Assembly: GCA_965235115.1 (NCBI GenBank)
Contig: OZ249441.1
Span: 12,772,001 to 12,836,000, forward strand
Length of the DNA stretch: 64,000 bases
Direction: 5' to 3'
Source of the DNA: Laetmonice hystrix
Lineage: Eukaryota
Shown here: positions 1 to 12,194 of the stretch, one piece after another
Layout of the letters: each line of letters starts with the position of its first letter
Numbering within the stretch: position 1 is the first letter of the stretch
The notes under the pieces: generated by a model
Databases searched by the model: none
The model's input: only the letters and a program-made list of their open reading frames with translations
What the model was told of the DNA's origin: nothing
Made by a program: the position numbers and the translations under genes

Positions 1-2
1 AT

Positions 3-1751
3 GAGCCAAGTGTTACTGTGGTGGACAGCGATGAGGGGCAGCAAATTCTCCCTTCAGGGGAGTCTGATGCAGACCAGGAGTCTGCCCCACATACCGCAGC
101 CAAACTCGAGAGTACCGAACGCACAGGGGACTGCCAGGACATAGAAAACAACACCATTGGCACAGATGTGGTCAACACTGACGTACCTGACAGTGGTGAA
201 CCTGTAATTATGAAGGATGGGCCGGAACAGATAGAACCAAGCTGTGATCAGAGTGCCCACGTTATTATTGATGGTGGACAGGCAGACGATACAAGTACTG
301 AACAACAAGTGAACAGTGCCGACACCAACCAGCAGGGGCCAGTCAGTCAACAGGAATCAGTCAGTCAACAAGCTTCAACCAGCACTGAAGAAAGTGCAGA
401 TCTATCAGCCGATGGCTCTGTTTTACAGATGCAACCGCAGTTTGTGATACAACCTCTGCGCAAAAAGTACAGCCCATCAGACTATTCAGCCCGTGAGAAG
501 GTCTTCAGCTGCATCCACTGCACGATGAAATTTGCCAAGCTGATTAATCTCTACAAGCATCTACAGGTTCAACATAAGGTGAAAAGCAACCTAAGTAAAA
601 GTGAATGAATTCCAACCCAAGGCGTTGGGTGTGCTCTAATCCATGCCCCTCAGAGGATTTACAATGATACGGGTGGGGGATTGATTGTCACTTTAGAGAG
701 AGGGATGGGCTCAGAAGATTTTGGCTAGACAGAAGGGCTTTAATGCAGGTAAAGGGTGTAACGTTGGATTTTGGCCATTCTCATGATCTTCAGTCATCCA
801 ATACAAATAATTAGGCTGTGCAGAAAATTTTGGGTAGAAATACCACTAGTCTTATATATGATAAGGAAGAATAATACAGGTTTAAATCTCGATTTTTGTT
901 TCCATATTATTTATAAGAGGAATCTTATATTTCAGGACATACAGGTGAATGGACCAGATGACATGCACAGCTGCGTGTGGTGTGACTACCAGACTAACAA
1001 GAAGAAGAACTTGCTGATCCACATGCGCAAGCACAATTACAAAGAGGGAGAGTTCATGCCATCTCAGCAGGTGTACAGCTGTGTTGTTTGCAACTATTGC
1101 AGCAACCGTCGCAAGGCTCTGTATGCTCACATGAAGAAGAAACATAAAGTTCAGATTTATATGAAGGCCGACGGCACTGCAAGCTGTACGATAGATGATA
1201 ACCTTCCCAGCATGTTTGTACCAGGTAGCAGTACTAACACCACCAAATTGGTCGTTGGCCAGCAGCAAGGTTCTGTGGTCGTGAACTCAAACCAGACTGC
1301 AAACCAACCAATCAAAACGCTGACGAAGACCAATGCATCCGGCCTTGAGACCCAGATGGTGATGCTTGAACTGGAACCTGGTATGCCGCCGACTGCTGTG
1401 GAGATTGCAGTGCCCCCTAGAGGGGAAGGGATGGACCATGAAGCCGCTGATGCCATTGAAGGGTTACAGGCTCTGGCAGAACAGGTGCTGGCTACTGAAA
1501 TACATCCTGGTCAGTCTGATCAGACCGACCAACAGCAGCCAGAGCTAGAACAGGCCCAACAAACTGGGCCTGAGGTTGAGGGTGCCCCTCAGCTAGATGA
1601 AGATCAGTTGACATGTGAAGTGGCTGAGAAAGACATCCCATCTAACATTCAACTGTCAGAGGAGCAAGTGCTGCAGCTTTCCTCGGGAGATTTAATTGAG
1701 GTGAATGGGGAGATGTACAAAGTGGAGTTCACAACAGAAGAGACGTCCTAG
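3..1751 (+). CDS. 3' end of a C2H2 zinc-finger protein gene (last two coding exons; 5' part lies outside the window)
   Basis: The exon is open from the window edge to donor AAG|GTGAAA at 578. A phase-0 acceptor TTTCAG|GAC at 936 runs to TAG at 1749-1751. Three C2H2 fingers: CIHC..HLQVQH, CVWC..HMRKH, CVVC..HMKKKH. Flanking regions are acidic/Q-rich. Orthologue not recognised. Confidence 0.85.
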
Positions 1752-2899
1752 GATAAGGGGTTTCAGGTTCCTTGTGGAGTAGGTATACGGTAGTTGGGAT
1801 GAATGGATGGGCAGTGTCTCCTTCAAACCTGATTCTTGACTTACATGGCGAAAAGTAGAAGAAAACGCAACACATTTGCCTCGGTCCACATCGCTGTTGA
1901 GGGTCTTCATTCCCTTTTATTGAAATTTGATGGCCTATCTGCCACTTGCTGTAAAACCAGTCCACATTAGAGTAGACTGCGTGACCTATTATCACTATAT
2001 AATGTTATCGAGTTATGCTGTCGATTCAATCTATTTATTCACTGCACAGTACATTGTAATACCACAGTGCCCATGAGGATGCTCGCAATATTTATAGCCA
2101 ATATGTTCAGACCCTGTGGTTTATCCCTTCAAGCCTTACCGTTGATTTGTTTCCACGCAGTTTCTGATATTGGTCGCCCAAACATGACAGATTGAGAAGA
2201 CAATGAATTAAGACTCGTTCTTAGTCATGCATTAAAGTTATATTTGCCAGTCATTATTTTCTTCTGCATCCATACTCTTAATAGCAGATGAATTAGATCG
2301 CATTATTTATCAAATTCGTTTCATTGTGTGGACTGATTTATCACATATATGACTAATAAGGCATTATGATTGTCGTTTTGGATTGTAAACTTGTTGAATA
2401 TCCAAGGAAAAAGTGGTTCATTATTAATTGTTATTTCACCAATAACGATCCATCAAGTTACCAATTTTCACATTAATGTTACCATGGGTCCTTAAGTAGA
2501 TTGGTAACTTTTATGAAGAAAATTAATGGAGAATTAATGAATCCAAGTCATTAAATCGTGAGGAGGGCTCTATTAGCAAGGTATTATTAATTTGGATTAT
2601 TACACACTGAATAATATAAAGATGATGTATATTTTACATGTTCTGGAATAAACGGTGTCCTGCAAGAGAAACATGTCAACGTTCTTTGTCTTTAATTTAT
2701 AAACCAGTGACAGTGTAGGCTTACGAATAGGCTGATACATTTTGTATAGGGGCGGATGAAAAAGGGGGCACCGAGCTAAGATGGGGGTCGACCTAAAAGA
2801 AAAGGGGAGAGGAGAAACGGGGAATAGAAAATTAGGAAAAAGTAATCGAAAATAGCAAAAGTGAGGTCTTCTATCCTTATTCTGCACACGTATGTACCG

Positions 2900-3102
2900 A
2901 TATCGGATTGGGTGGGGCGGTACCAGTCCACGAGGAATGGGGGACACCAAATCTGTTTTCCCGGCCCCTTGCTCTCGCGTCGACCACAGAGCTACCAAGC
3001 GGAGGAGCCGGGAAACGGCTTACTAGAGGCGACATCTAGCGACTCTGCGTAGAAACATTCGAACTCTTCTTCCAGGAGACGCCGTTCGCGAATTGTTTCA
3101 AA
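2900..3102 (+). promoter_or_regulatory. CpG-rich promoter/5' UTR region of DNAJC8
   Basis: Sharp rise in CpG immediately upstream of ATG 3103. GGGTGGGGCGG GC-box, TCTCGCG and TTCGCGAA motifs. TSS not determinable. Confidence 0.55.
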
Positions 3103-6100
3103 ATGGCTGCTTCCGGTGAAAGTAGTGGGATACCAAATAATTCTCCAAGTCAAGAAATTCCAAACTCGTCAGAATCTGTTTTTGAGGATTTTTACACAGA
3201 TGTATGTATAAACTATATATCGCTCTTTTAAGGTATAGGCCTACATGGATTTCAGAAGTGCCTGACCTTTTGTAGAATACAACCACATGCGTTCACAATC
3301 ACAGTCATGGACATGGCATTCCCGGCAGTCATGCTCGCTAACGAGTAACGTTAGTTCAACGACAACGTTGAACCCGCTATGCCAGTCAATCAGTGGCAGT
3401 GCCAGTGGTGAGCTGGTTGCCGTTAGTCAGTGAGTGGCGCCATTTTGACGGTTCCCTAGGACTAAGTATGACAAGCACAGTGACAGCATGTCAGTCGACA
3501 ATAACTGAGTGCCCGTTAGTTCTGTGACAATAATAAGAAAGGTTTTGTTTTCTCAGCGCAATAATATTTCCCTGCAGATATAGATTGGTTTGACTTATAG
3601 CGAGCATAGTTCAGTTTCTAAATGGTGCCATCCAGAACACTGTTTCAGGGCTTGTCTTTTGTAGACGGAGTATCGTCCCCAAGTGTAGGGACGGACAGCG
3701 TTAACGCAAAAAACCCTACCTCCTATGTCAATCACTCGCTGTGCAAAATCCATCGTAACTACTGCCAGTTGAGGTGTCAATTCTAATGCAGCCCATCTTC
3801 TGTTCCTCTGCTGCACACTTTTCCGAGGATTTTTGCCCAAAGTTTTAATAAATCAGACTTTCGAAATTCCGAATCGCGCTGGTTCACTGCCGTTAGCGGC
3901 CATACTGTTTGTTCTAAGTACTGCGCATGTTCAAAACATGCACACTGGCGACCAGCAGGGGAGCATTTATAATTCTAGACCAAACAGCAATTCCTCCAGT
4001 ATGGTGCCAAACTAATAGCCAACGTCTGAAATGACTGCTCCATTCGTGAGCTTGACCCCGGATGTGGGTTTACAGAAATGGCGCCGGTTGTAAGACTATG
4101 GAAAGTGGTCGCTTGGTTTGGAAAATTGGCCGAATCTGTTGCTTAGAGGAACACCAAGTAAGTTCATTGGGCTCAGTAGCTGAACGTAAAGGCAATCTTT
4201 TATTTGAAGTGATGGAAGAGGTGCGGGCGCACATTCATTTTGCGGGTTGAACGTTTGGTCTCGTAGCCCGTTCGCTAGAGGATAGGCCGTGTATACACAC
4301 GGCCTATGTTAGAGGCTAGTCTTTTGAGGCGTACCATAGGCATAGCGCGCCTAAAATTGTTCCAAGGCGCGCAAAAGACTCCGCGCTACCTATAAGATTA
4401 GTTAAAACTTTGCGTGCCTAGCCAACTTCCTATGGAATGACCATATTCTCTCAAGCAGAGGTCTGTCCGATTTTCTGACTGACTTATATGCTAAAAATGC
4501 TTATATGAAAAATGAATTCTGTGAGCATGGCGAGCACCGGAGGTGCGAAGCCATACAGTGGGTCTGGGGGCATGCTCCCCCAGAAAAAATTGAAATCTTA
4601 AAAATTAAAAATGGTGCATTCTGTGCATTTTGGGGGGTTATATTTGAAAAAAAATTTGCCATTTGCCCAAAATTCCGAGAGATATTGAGTATCACCTGTA
4701 AGCCGTGAGTTTATGGGCTCTGCCCATCAAAATCCGTGACGGTCTCGGAGATTCTGTGAGAGTTGGCAACACTGCGAGTAATTATTTGCTCACCTGGCCT
4801 TTTCAAAGGACAAGGCCTGCTGTTTAGTTGTCGAGTTACCCCGGCCCAGCGATTCATGGCTGCTCTGTGAAGAGGTCCATTATCACAACTTTGCAGCCTT
4901 CATTTTGCTACTAAACTTCTTCCAGTTCCATTAAACATGAAAAGTAGAAAAGAACAAAATTGGAAAAATCACTTTTTTATTCCCGGCGAACTTCCCGATG
5001 TGCCAGTCAGAACATACAGAAAATAAATCGATGGTTTTTTATTTCTGCCCACATCAGCTGGTGTAAATATCCGCATGTTAGACTTTACTTACTTTTACTT
5101 TTTACAAATTGGAACAAAATCTGTTTCCAGCTCGTTCGATATTCCCCGGTCTCTGTACGGGAGGAAGTTTATTATTATTTTTATTTCGCCGTCCGTACTT
5201 TGGGTTAATTTGGAGGGTGCCCATAAACCAAACAATAAAAAAAGTGTGGCCCAAATAATTATAAACAATGTAATCTTAATATCCTGATTGAATAATTATC
5301 GATTCCTTATGCCTGCGTCTATTTCAGGTGAAAGCGATTGAAACCAGAGACTCGGTGCTGACATCCAAGCAGCAGATAGACAGGCTCCTGAGGCCAGGAG
5401 CTACATACTTCAACCTTAATCCTTTTGATGTGAGTTCTCCAACTATTTCAAGATTCTACCTCCGGACTACAGACATTTTTAAACTAGAAACTGATGGAAA
5501 TATACAGAATCATCTTGTTGTTTCAGTACCAGGTATACCGTTGCATTATGTTTTGTTACAGGTCCTACAAGTTGATCCAGACACTCTCCTTAATGATGTG
5601 AAGCAAAAGTACCGCAGGGTGAGTAAAATATAGTGTTGCTGATAACTGTTCTGAAGTTAATTAAGTAATGAACCTATGAATCAAATGTAGTTTAATACTA
5701 GAAATCAAAGCCAACAAAGGTCTTGGACAGACTAAATCTGTGAATAATGCTGATCCTCCAGCATTATTCACTATTATTGGATTTCTGGCAGGGAGCATGT
5801 TGTAGTCTCTGAAAATGATGATCTGAACAGTATGTAAATAAAGTTTGTTGCTATTGTAGATGTCCATATTGGTGCATCCTGACAAGAACCAAGACGATGC
5901 AGAGAGAGCACAGATTGCATTTGAAGGTATGTGACTACCATCACACTGAGTTGGTGATGGAACGAGGGGAAAGGAGGTTAATGGCATACGTTGACATTTT
6001 GTCTTGCTGTACAGTTTTTAAAAAATAATTGGTGATGGTGCATTTCAGTATTTCAGTTTATGGCATGTGGAAGTGTTTTTTTTAAGCTGTGAACAAAGCC

Positions 6101-7418
6101 TACAAGACCTTGGAAAATGAGGAGGGCTACAAGAGGTGTCAAGAGATTATTGAGGAAGCTCGCAGCCGTACAGATGAGATGTTAAAAACCAAGCGCAAAC
6201 AGTTGAAAAAAGAAGGGAAACCAATTGTTGTTCCTGAGGATGAAAAAGAACAGGTAAAGAACTGTGATAATGTGTGTGTCAGACCCAGAAAAAGCTAGAG
6301 ATTCGGGTTTTGACAGTGGTGCCATGTTTTACTAGTAGAAGTAGTAGGTCTTCTATTCGTAGCTTGATAGTTCAAACATCTCATTGAAAAACCTGGTTTT
6401 TCATAGTTACTGAAATCAGGGTTCATTTTGTTTCAGTATAAACATGCAGTGTATGTCCAAACATGCAAACTCTTTGCTGATCTTGAAAGACTGCGGCAAG
6501 AAAGAGAAGCCAAAGACATGCATGAAAGGTAAAGTAGTCACTCACTCCCACTAACTATTTTAAGGTATAGAGCTAAGAAAAGTTGTTACATCTTTAACAC
6601 AAAATAAGATATCATTCACCATTAAATACCGGTACACTTGTTCAGACCAGTTTTGTGTAGTCATGTCAAGGCTACAAAAGGAATTTTTTGTTCCCAAGTA
6701 CGTGTTTTGGAGGCTTTTAAAATGTACCATCTTGTGCCCATGAAGAAAGAGAAAGGCAGAGGAGGAAGCTCTCGAGGAGGAAAGGAAGAAGATGCAGGCT
6801 GAGTGGGATAAAAATTTTGAGGTAGATATCACTGGAATGACATTTGTCAACATTATCTTAAACAGTTGTTTAGGCAGACTCCCCTTCTAGATTCTTATTT
6901 GACACTTTGGGTCTTTAATTGTTGGAAGAAGACCTAATCGATCGTCCTAGTGCTAGGTAACTATGTATTAAGTAGTGCTATGCCTGACCATCCTAAGGTC
7001 CTTGTATTACACAATTAACTTCTGACTCAGTTTTCCCACATCCCTTGTTAATGTTGTAAAAATGTGACATTTTTAGCACATGGATACATTTATATGTCCC
7101 TTCCTACATCGTGATTGATCACTTTATATGGTGTGTTTTTAAGGAATAAGAGACCTGACATCATAAACGATGAGGGGTATACACCTTACAGTTCCGTCAA
7201 ACAAATTGTACTGCCTAAATAGGCCTTAAAGGAATTCGAATAAAATATAAGGTTTAAAATATTATGGAAATAAATGATATATCTTCTTTATATAGGAAAG
7301 TCGTATGGATCGGGTTAGCAGTTGGCGAACATTTACTGGCAAAGTCAAGAAAAGTTCTAAGGGCAAGACATCTAAAGGTGCGTTCCGTCCTCCTAAACAC
7401 AAGATGGAGCAGAGGTAA
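3103..7418 (+). CDS. DNAJC8: DnaJ homolog subfamily C member 8 (8 coding exons)
   Basis: Exons 3103-3201, 5328-5429, 5562-5618, 5860-5926, 6087-6253, 6437-6528, 6746-6821, 7296-7418; all GT-AG with consistent phase. Protein MAASGES...VKAIETRDSVLTSKQQIDRLLRPGATYFNLNPFDV...SILVHPDKNQDD (J-domain HPD motif)...FRPPKHKMEQR* matches recalled human DNAJC8 closely. Confidence 0.96.
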
Positions 7419-10400
7419 TGGTATGACACTGGAACCCCATGGAGGGGTACAGTCACGACAGATTCAGACGAACCCATCTCTTGGACATTACACACATCTT
7501 ATCACAGGACTTCGACTCACTGGCATTATCAACCGACAGCTTGAAGTCAACATCAATTCATCAGGAGACAGTGGAATAGATCCAGAGGATGTAGATAGTG
7601 TGGGCAACTTGCAGGAATTGGATTAACACAACCAATGGATTTGGTTTGTTGGGGTTATGGTCATCAGATGCTGGCTTGTAACACAAACATTTATGCTGAA
7701 GTCTCCCTCATGCTGCATAGTCATAGATGCAGGCAGTTGTGAGCTATTTTCTGAGTGCCTGGGGCTGTTGGTTGCCAGCATTCAAACTGATTCTCACCCT
7801 ATGACTTTAAGAGGACTTTATACGACAGTTTTACGCATACGGAAAACACTGTTTCAAGGATTGACCAGAACCAATTTAGAAACCTTTTGCAGTGTTATAA
7901 ATCTATTATCCCTGGTAACTGGGCTGGTGTAATTGTTTCACAAAAGTGGCAAATTTAGGATGAATGCCACTCCATGAGGTTGGTTACCTCAAGGGTCAGG
8001 ATTGAGTAGTGGAGCTCTTCTCCAAAATATCTTGTGATATTTTCTCTGGGAGAAGTAGTTACCGGTACATGTCTTGCATGTAGATTGTATAGGATTGGTT
8101 CAAGGTAGGGGTTTGACAGAGCTGCATGCTATCCTGAAAGAAAACTTGCAGATGTCACTGTCCCTGTGTCATTTTTCCATCCACCCATCCTAAGTACATA
8201 GGTGAACACATGCCTCTTTGTAGAAACAAATTTTTCCTGAAGCCCCATGGATAAATCCCATTTCCATCCAAGCTGAAAGTCATCATGGACAAGGACAGTT
8301 TAAGCCTCTCTGCCAGTCTCCAGTGTTAACTTTTAATTTAAGCTGACAGGACAATCTGGTACTAACTAGTGTATCAGACAATTTTATAATATAAATTGAG
8401 GGGGGGGGGGGGGTTCTTCATTGGGTTTCTCTTAGCCCAGTTGTTGCACGACCAAGCAAACATTTTCTGAATTGATTAATAATTAATGCATAAGTTTTTG
8501 AAGGGACTACATGACCAAGACTTTAGAAAAGGTATGTTAACATATCATTGGACGTAGCAAAGTTGTCTTTGGATGACAAGGAAAGATCTTGAGGTGATTT
8601 ATATTGGATGTACCTCTAGAGAATGTATATAGGCCTACGTGTAGCACGTATTGCATTGAAATATGTGCCCATTTCTGGTACACCCTATATAGATGTATAC
8701 CTTAAGATAGTTTTGATGCATTGTATGTATTTAGGAATTGAGATGCAGCAAGGTCCTTTGGTACAATAGAGCTTTTGTCCATGTCCTTTCTACCCATGAG
8801 ACTTTTGGCTTTTTTGTGGGGTGGTATGGAAAAAAGGCAGCAGATATTATAACCATGGACAACTCGTAAAGTGTAGGGTAGAACGTTGACCTGAATGAAA
8901 AGTCGGTCTGAAGCATTGGTAAGGTTTTCATCCAGAAACATATTTAGCATCACCCTCGGAAAGAATATAGAATAAGTATGAATGAGATGGTGAAGATGTT
9001 GTCATTTGGTACACACGTTAGTGACCAAAGATCTTAAAAATATTTTGTGTGGATTTAAAAAAAAGTGCGGGTTTAACAGAATTAGTACAAAACAAAGAAT
9101 AAATGGAGAACCTGACGGGTTGCTTGTGGTTACAAGTTTATGTATACTTGTACAAGTTGTCCAGCTGTACTGTCTATCCTGCCTACCGTAGTTCCAAACT
9201 GTGTATTTGTGGCGATTTAGTTGTTTTGTGATAAGTGTTGTTGTTCAGCGAAAACTAACTGTACGAGGATATTTCCTTTTTGTATAAGATACAGGATCAA
9301 ACGACATGGTTAGCCATGGCCATGTCTCAGCGTGTTATAATGGGTGGAGAGTCATTCATGTACGTTGTACGGAAAAATGTATATGCTTTACACTGGTAGA
9401 ATTTTACACATTCATACCAGGAGCAGTTGAAAGACCCTCCACCTTGCGGAAGAAATGTTAAACTTGTAACAGATCATCAGATGTATGCGTGGCGGAATAA
9501 ATGAGAGTTGTATTCCCACAAGACTACTTTGAGTGAATTGTCTTTATTCTCTTTGAAAAAGTAAGGGACTTGGGGGTGGGGGTGCATCATTAAAAACAAC
9601 CGATGTTTAAATTGTTCCAGGGGCGGAACCAGAGTAGTCGGAACAGTGAACTCGGAAAAGGGGAATGTTACTCAAGGGAAATGCATTGGTAGTCCTTGGG
9701 TGACCGGCGGCTAGGTCGGGCGCATGCCAACAGAGGGCGTGATGATCACACTGTGTAGGCACTGCCAAGGGGCGTGAGATTGAGGCTAAACGCTCAATGT
9801 GTGAGAGTTGGTAGGTCTACGATCCCCAGGATCAAGGCTTGATTCCCCCCCCCCCCCCCCCCCCCCCCGGACGTTTTATATGTGTTGAGGCCCACCAACA
9901 GTAGGGCTCTGCTTAAACCCCTCCATGAAGGTTTGCAACCTTTAAGTGGGCGATAAAATCCTATTGTCTCAACAGAAACCATAGAAAAGGTATAAAATCT
10001 TTGATTCTATAAATTTTGCCGGGATTAAGCTTATGTTTTCATACATGAAACTTTGAAAAGTAATTACATGATTATTTAAAATGTTTTCATTTTTGAGTTC
10101 GTGGAATGAAGGCTCACCATTGGCATAGTGAATGAGGTTACCGGAACCTGTCAAAATACCGCAGGTTAAGGCACTTCAAAGGGAAGAATGTTAATTTGGA
10201 ATGCTCTGACCGTGAAAGCCCGTCTGATTGCCTTGGTTCCTATGGTAACACACCTCTACGAAACTTGGTGGCATGAACGGAAACTATTCCTGGTCCCAAA
10301 CCTGGCCCTACCCCTAAAGTTACTCGATTCCCATATTAAAAACAAATATACATGCATCCCTAGTCCTCCCTATACCCCTGACACCCTCCTCCCAATCTCT

Positions 10401-12194
10401 TTAGGAATATCAATAAACCTGAATTCGTTGCAACATAGTAAATAGTTCAAGTGACCCATACCCGTTTCATGGCTTTTTGGGGGCCTTTGTGGTAGACGTT
10501 ACCTGATAAAGTTATATTTTCATAAATGTTTCAAGCGGTAAGTGCAATGTATCGCTTTATACACAGGCCACAAGGTTGTTACTATTTTAGAAAACGTTTT
10601 ATTGCGCTAGTCTATAGATCTAATCACCTTATTCAATGCCTAAAATATCTACATTTTATCTACAACACAAGCAGAAATATCTCCAACCACTTTTTCAGCA
10701 GGAGAATGCAGGGAGTTCCTTGCCATACGAGGGGGTTTCAATTTCCTTGGTCCTACATGGAAGGTGGTGGCATCTAACAAAGTTTAATTTCTGATAGGAA
10801 AATATTTTTGTAACCCTGCCTTCAAGGTGAACAATTAGGTGGAATGTAGAGTCAAGGGAAATTTCCATACAAGTTCATTTTGAAAAAGTTTCCAAATTGA
10901 TGCCACCAGCCTCGTAATACATAATTCTCTGGCAACAACTAACACATCCGAATGACATCCAACAATATTTCTAAAAATGAAGATATCCATCAGTTACTGA
11001 AGTTCTAAGCAGTTCTGTTCATCCCCCCAGGGTCTAGTTTCTCCTTAAACATCGGTTTTTTTAATGTTGTATAAAAATTTGTACAGGAAGGTCCCATCTC
11101 TCTACACGAGAGCTTCATATTCAATACTCGCTTCTTAGCCTTCACCGAGAGCAGTTTAAAAAATATCTTTTTGAAGCGTAAAAATGGTACATAATAAAGA
11201 TAAATCACCTTATTGACAAGGAAAGGAAAATATGAATCTTATGTCAAACATGAAGAAAGGCAATCATCAAGACCAACAACAAATAATAACAGTAATCGAT
11301 TTCAGGTTCTATTTTGATCTGGTCGGTCGTCCCTGCAGTTTTTTTAAAAACATAAACACAACTTGTTTTTTAATCTCCTTTAATACTAATAAGACTCCTT
11401 CCATGGTGGTTTCGCCCTCACAATAATCATTTAAAAATACATGAGGACACATGAACCCACCTAACGTACTTTCAATTTCCCTTTATTCAGACCATGCTTA
11501 ATCTTAAGAGTTATCAAAGAGTTACACAAGTTTCTTTGTCGTAGTAATGGGGAGGTAATTGTATCCAATTATTTTCATATACAACAAGACCAATCGAGGC
11601 CTCACACTGCGGTCACTGACAACATATTTTACATAAATAGACTAATGGTTTTCCATTCATCCATAGTCGTCATGCACACTTTCACAATCTCTTTCACCTG
11701 AAGCTTTTTGTAACATTTACAACATACATGTACCTGTATTATTACCATACCATTTCAATGACACACAATTCATTGCCACCACATTTACAAAGACTATCCA
11801 TTTTTTCCTCCCTACCGTGATCCATCCAGTCATAAGCATAAATTATTGTTTGTCCCCAGCAAGATCTGAGCCTTAAAATGCATCACAGGTTGAACTTGTC
11901 ACTGTACGTCTAGCACGTCACTCAATTACTTCTCTGAACAAACCATGCTGTACGGGCACACATTGTGCATTTCGAACAACGGCAATGTTTTTGTTTATTC
12001 AGTAGCTGCATCTTTATCACTTCACAAGCTGACCATGATTCTCAGAATTACAAGATGGACACTATGTATCCTCTATCTTAACAACTCTCCACTGACTGCA
12101 GACTGGGTCATTAACTTTATCATATTTCTCTGCCTTCACAAACTATTTGCAGTGGTTAAGTTTGAAATCTTTTACCACTAAAAGATCATTATCT

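Noticed and set aside
7264-7626. 120-aa ORF overlapping the DNAJC8 last exon
   Set aside because: It is in a different frame from the conserved DNAJC8 C-terminus, has no recognisable homology, and runs into the 3' UTR.
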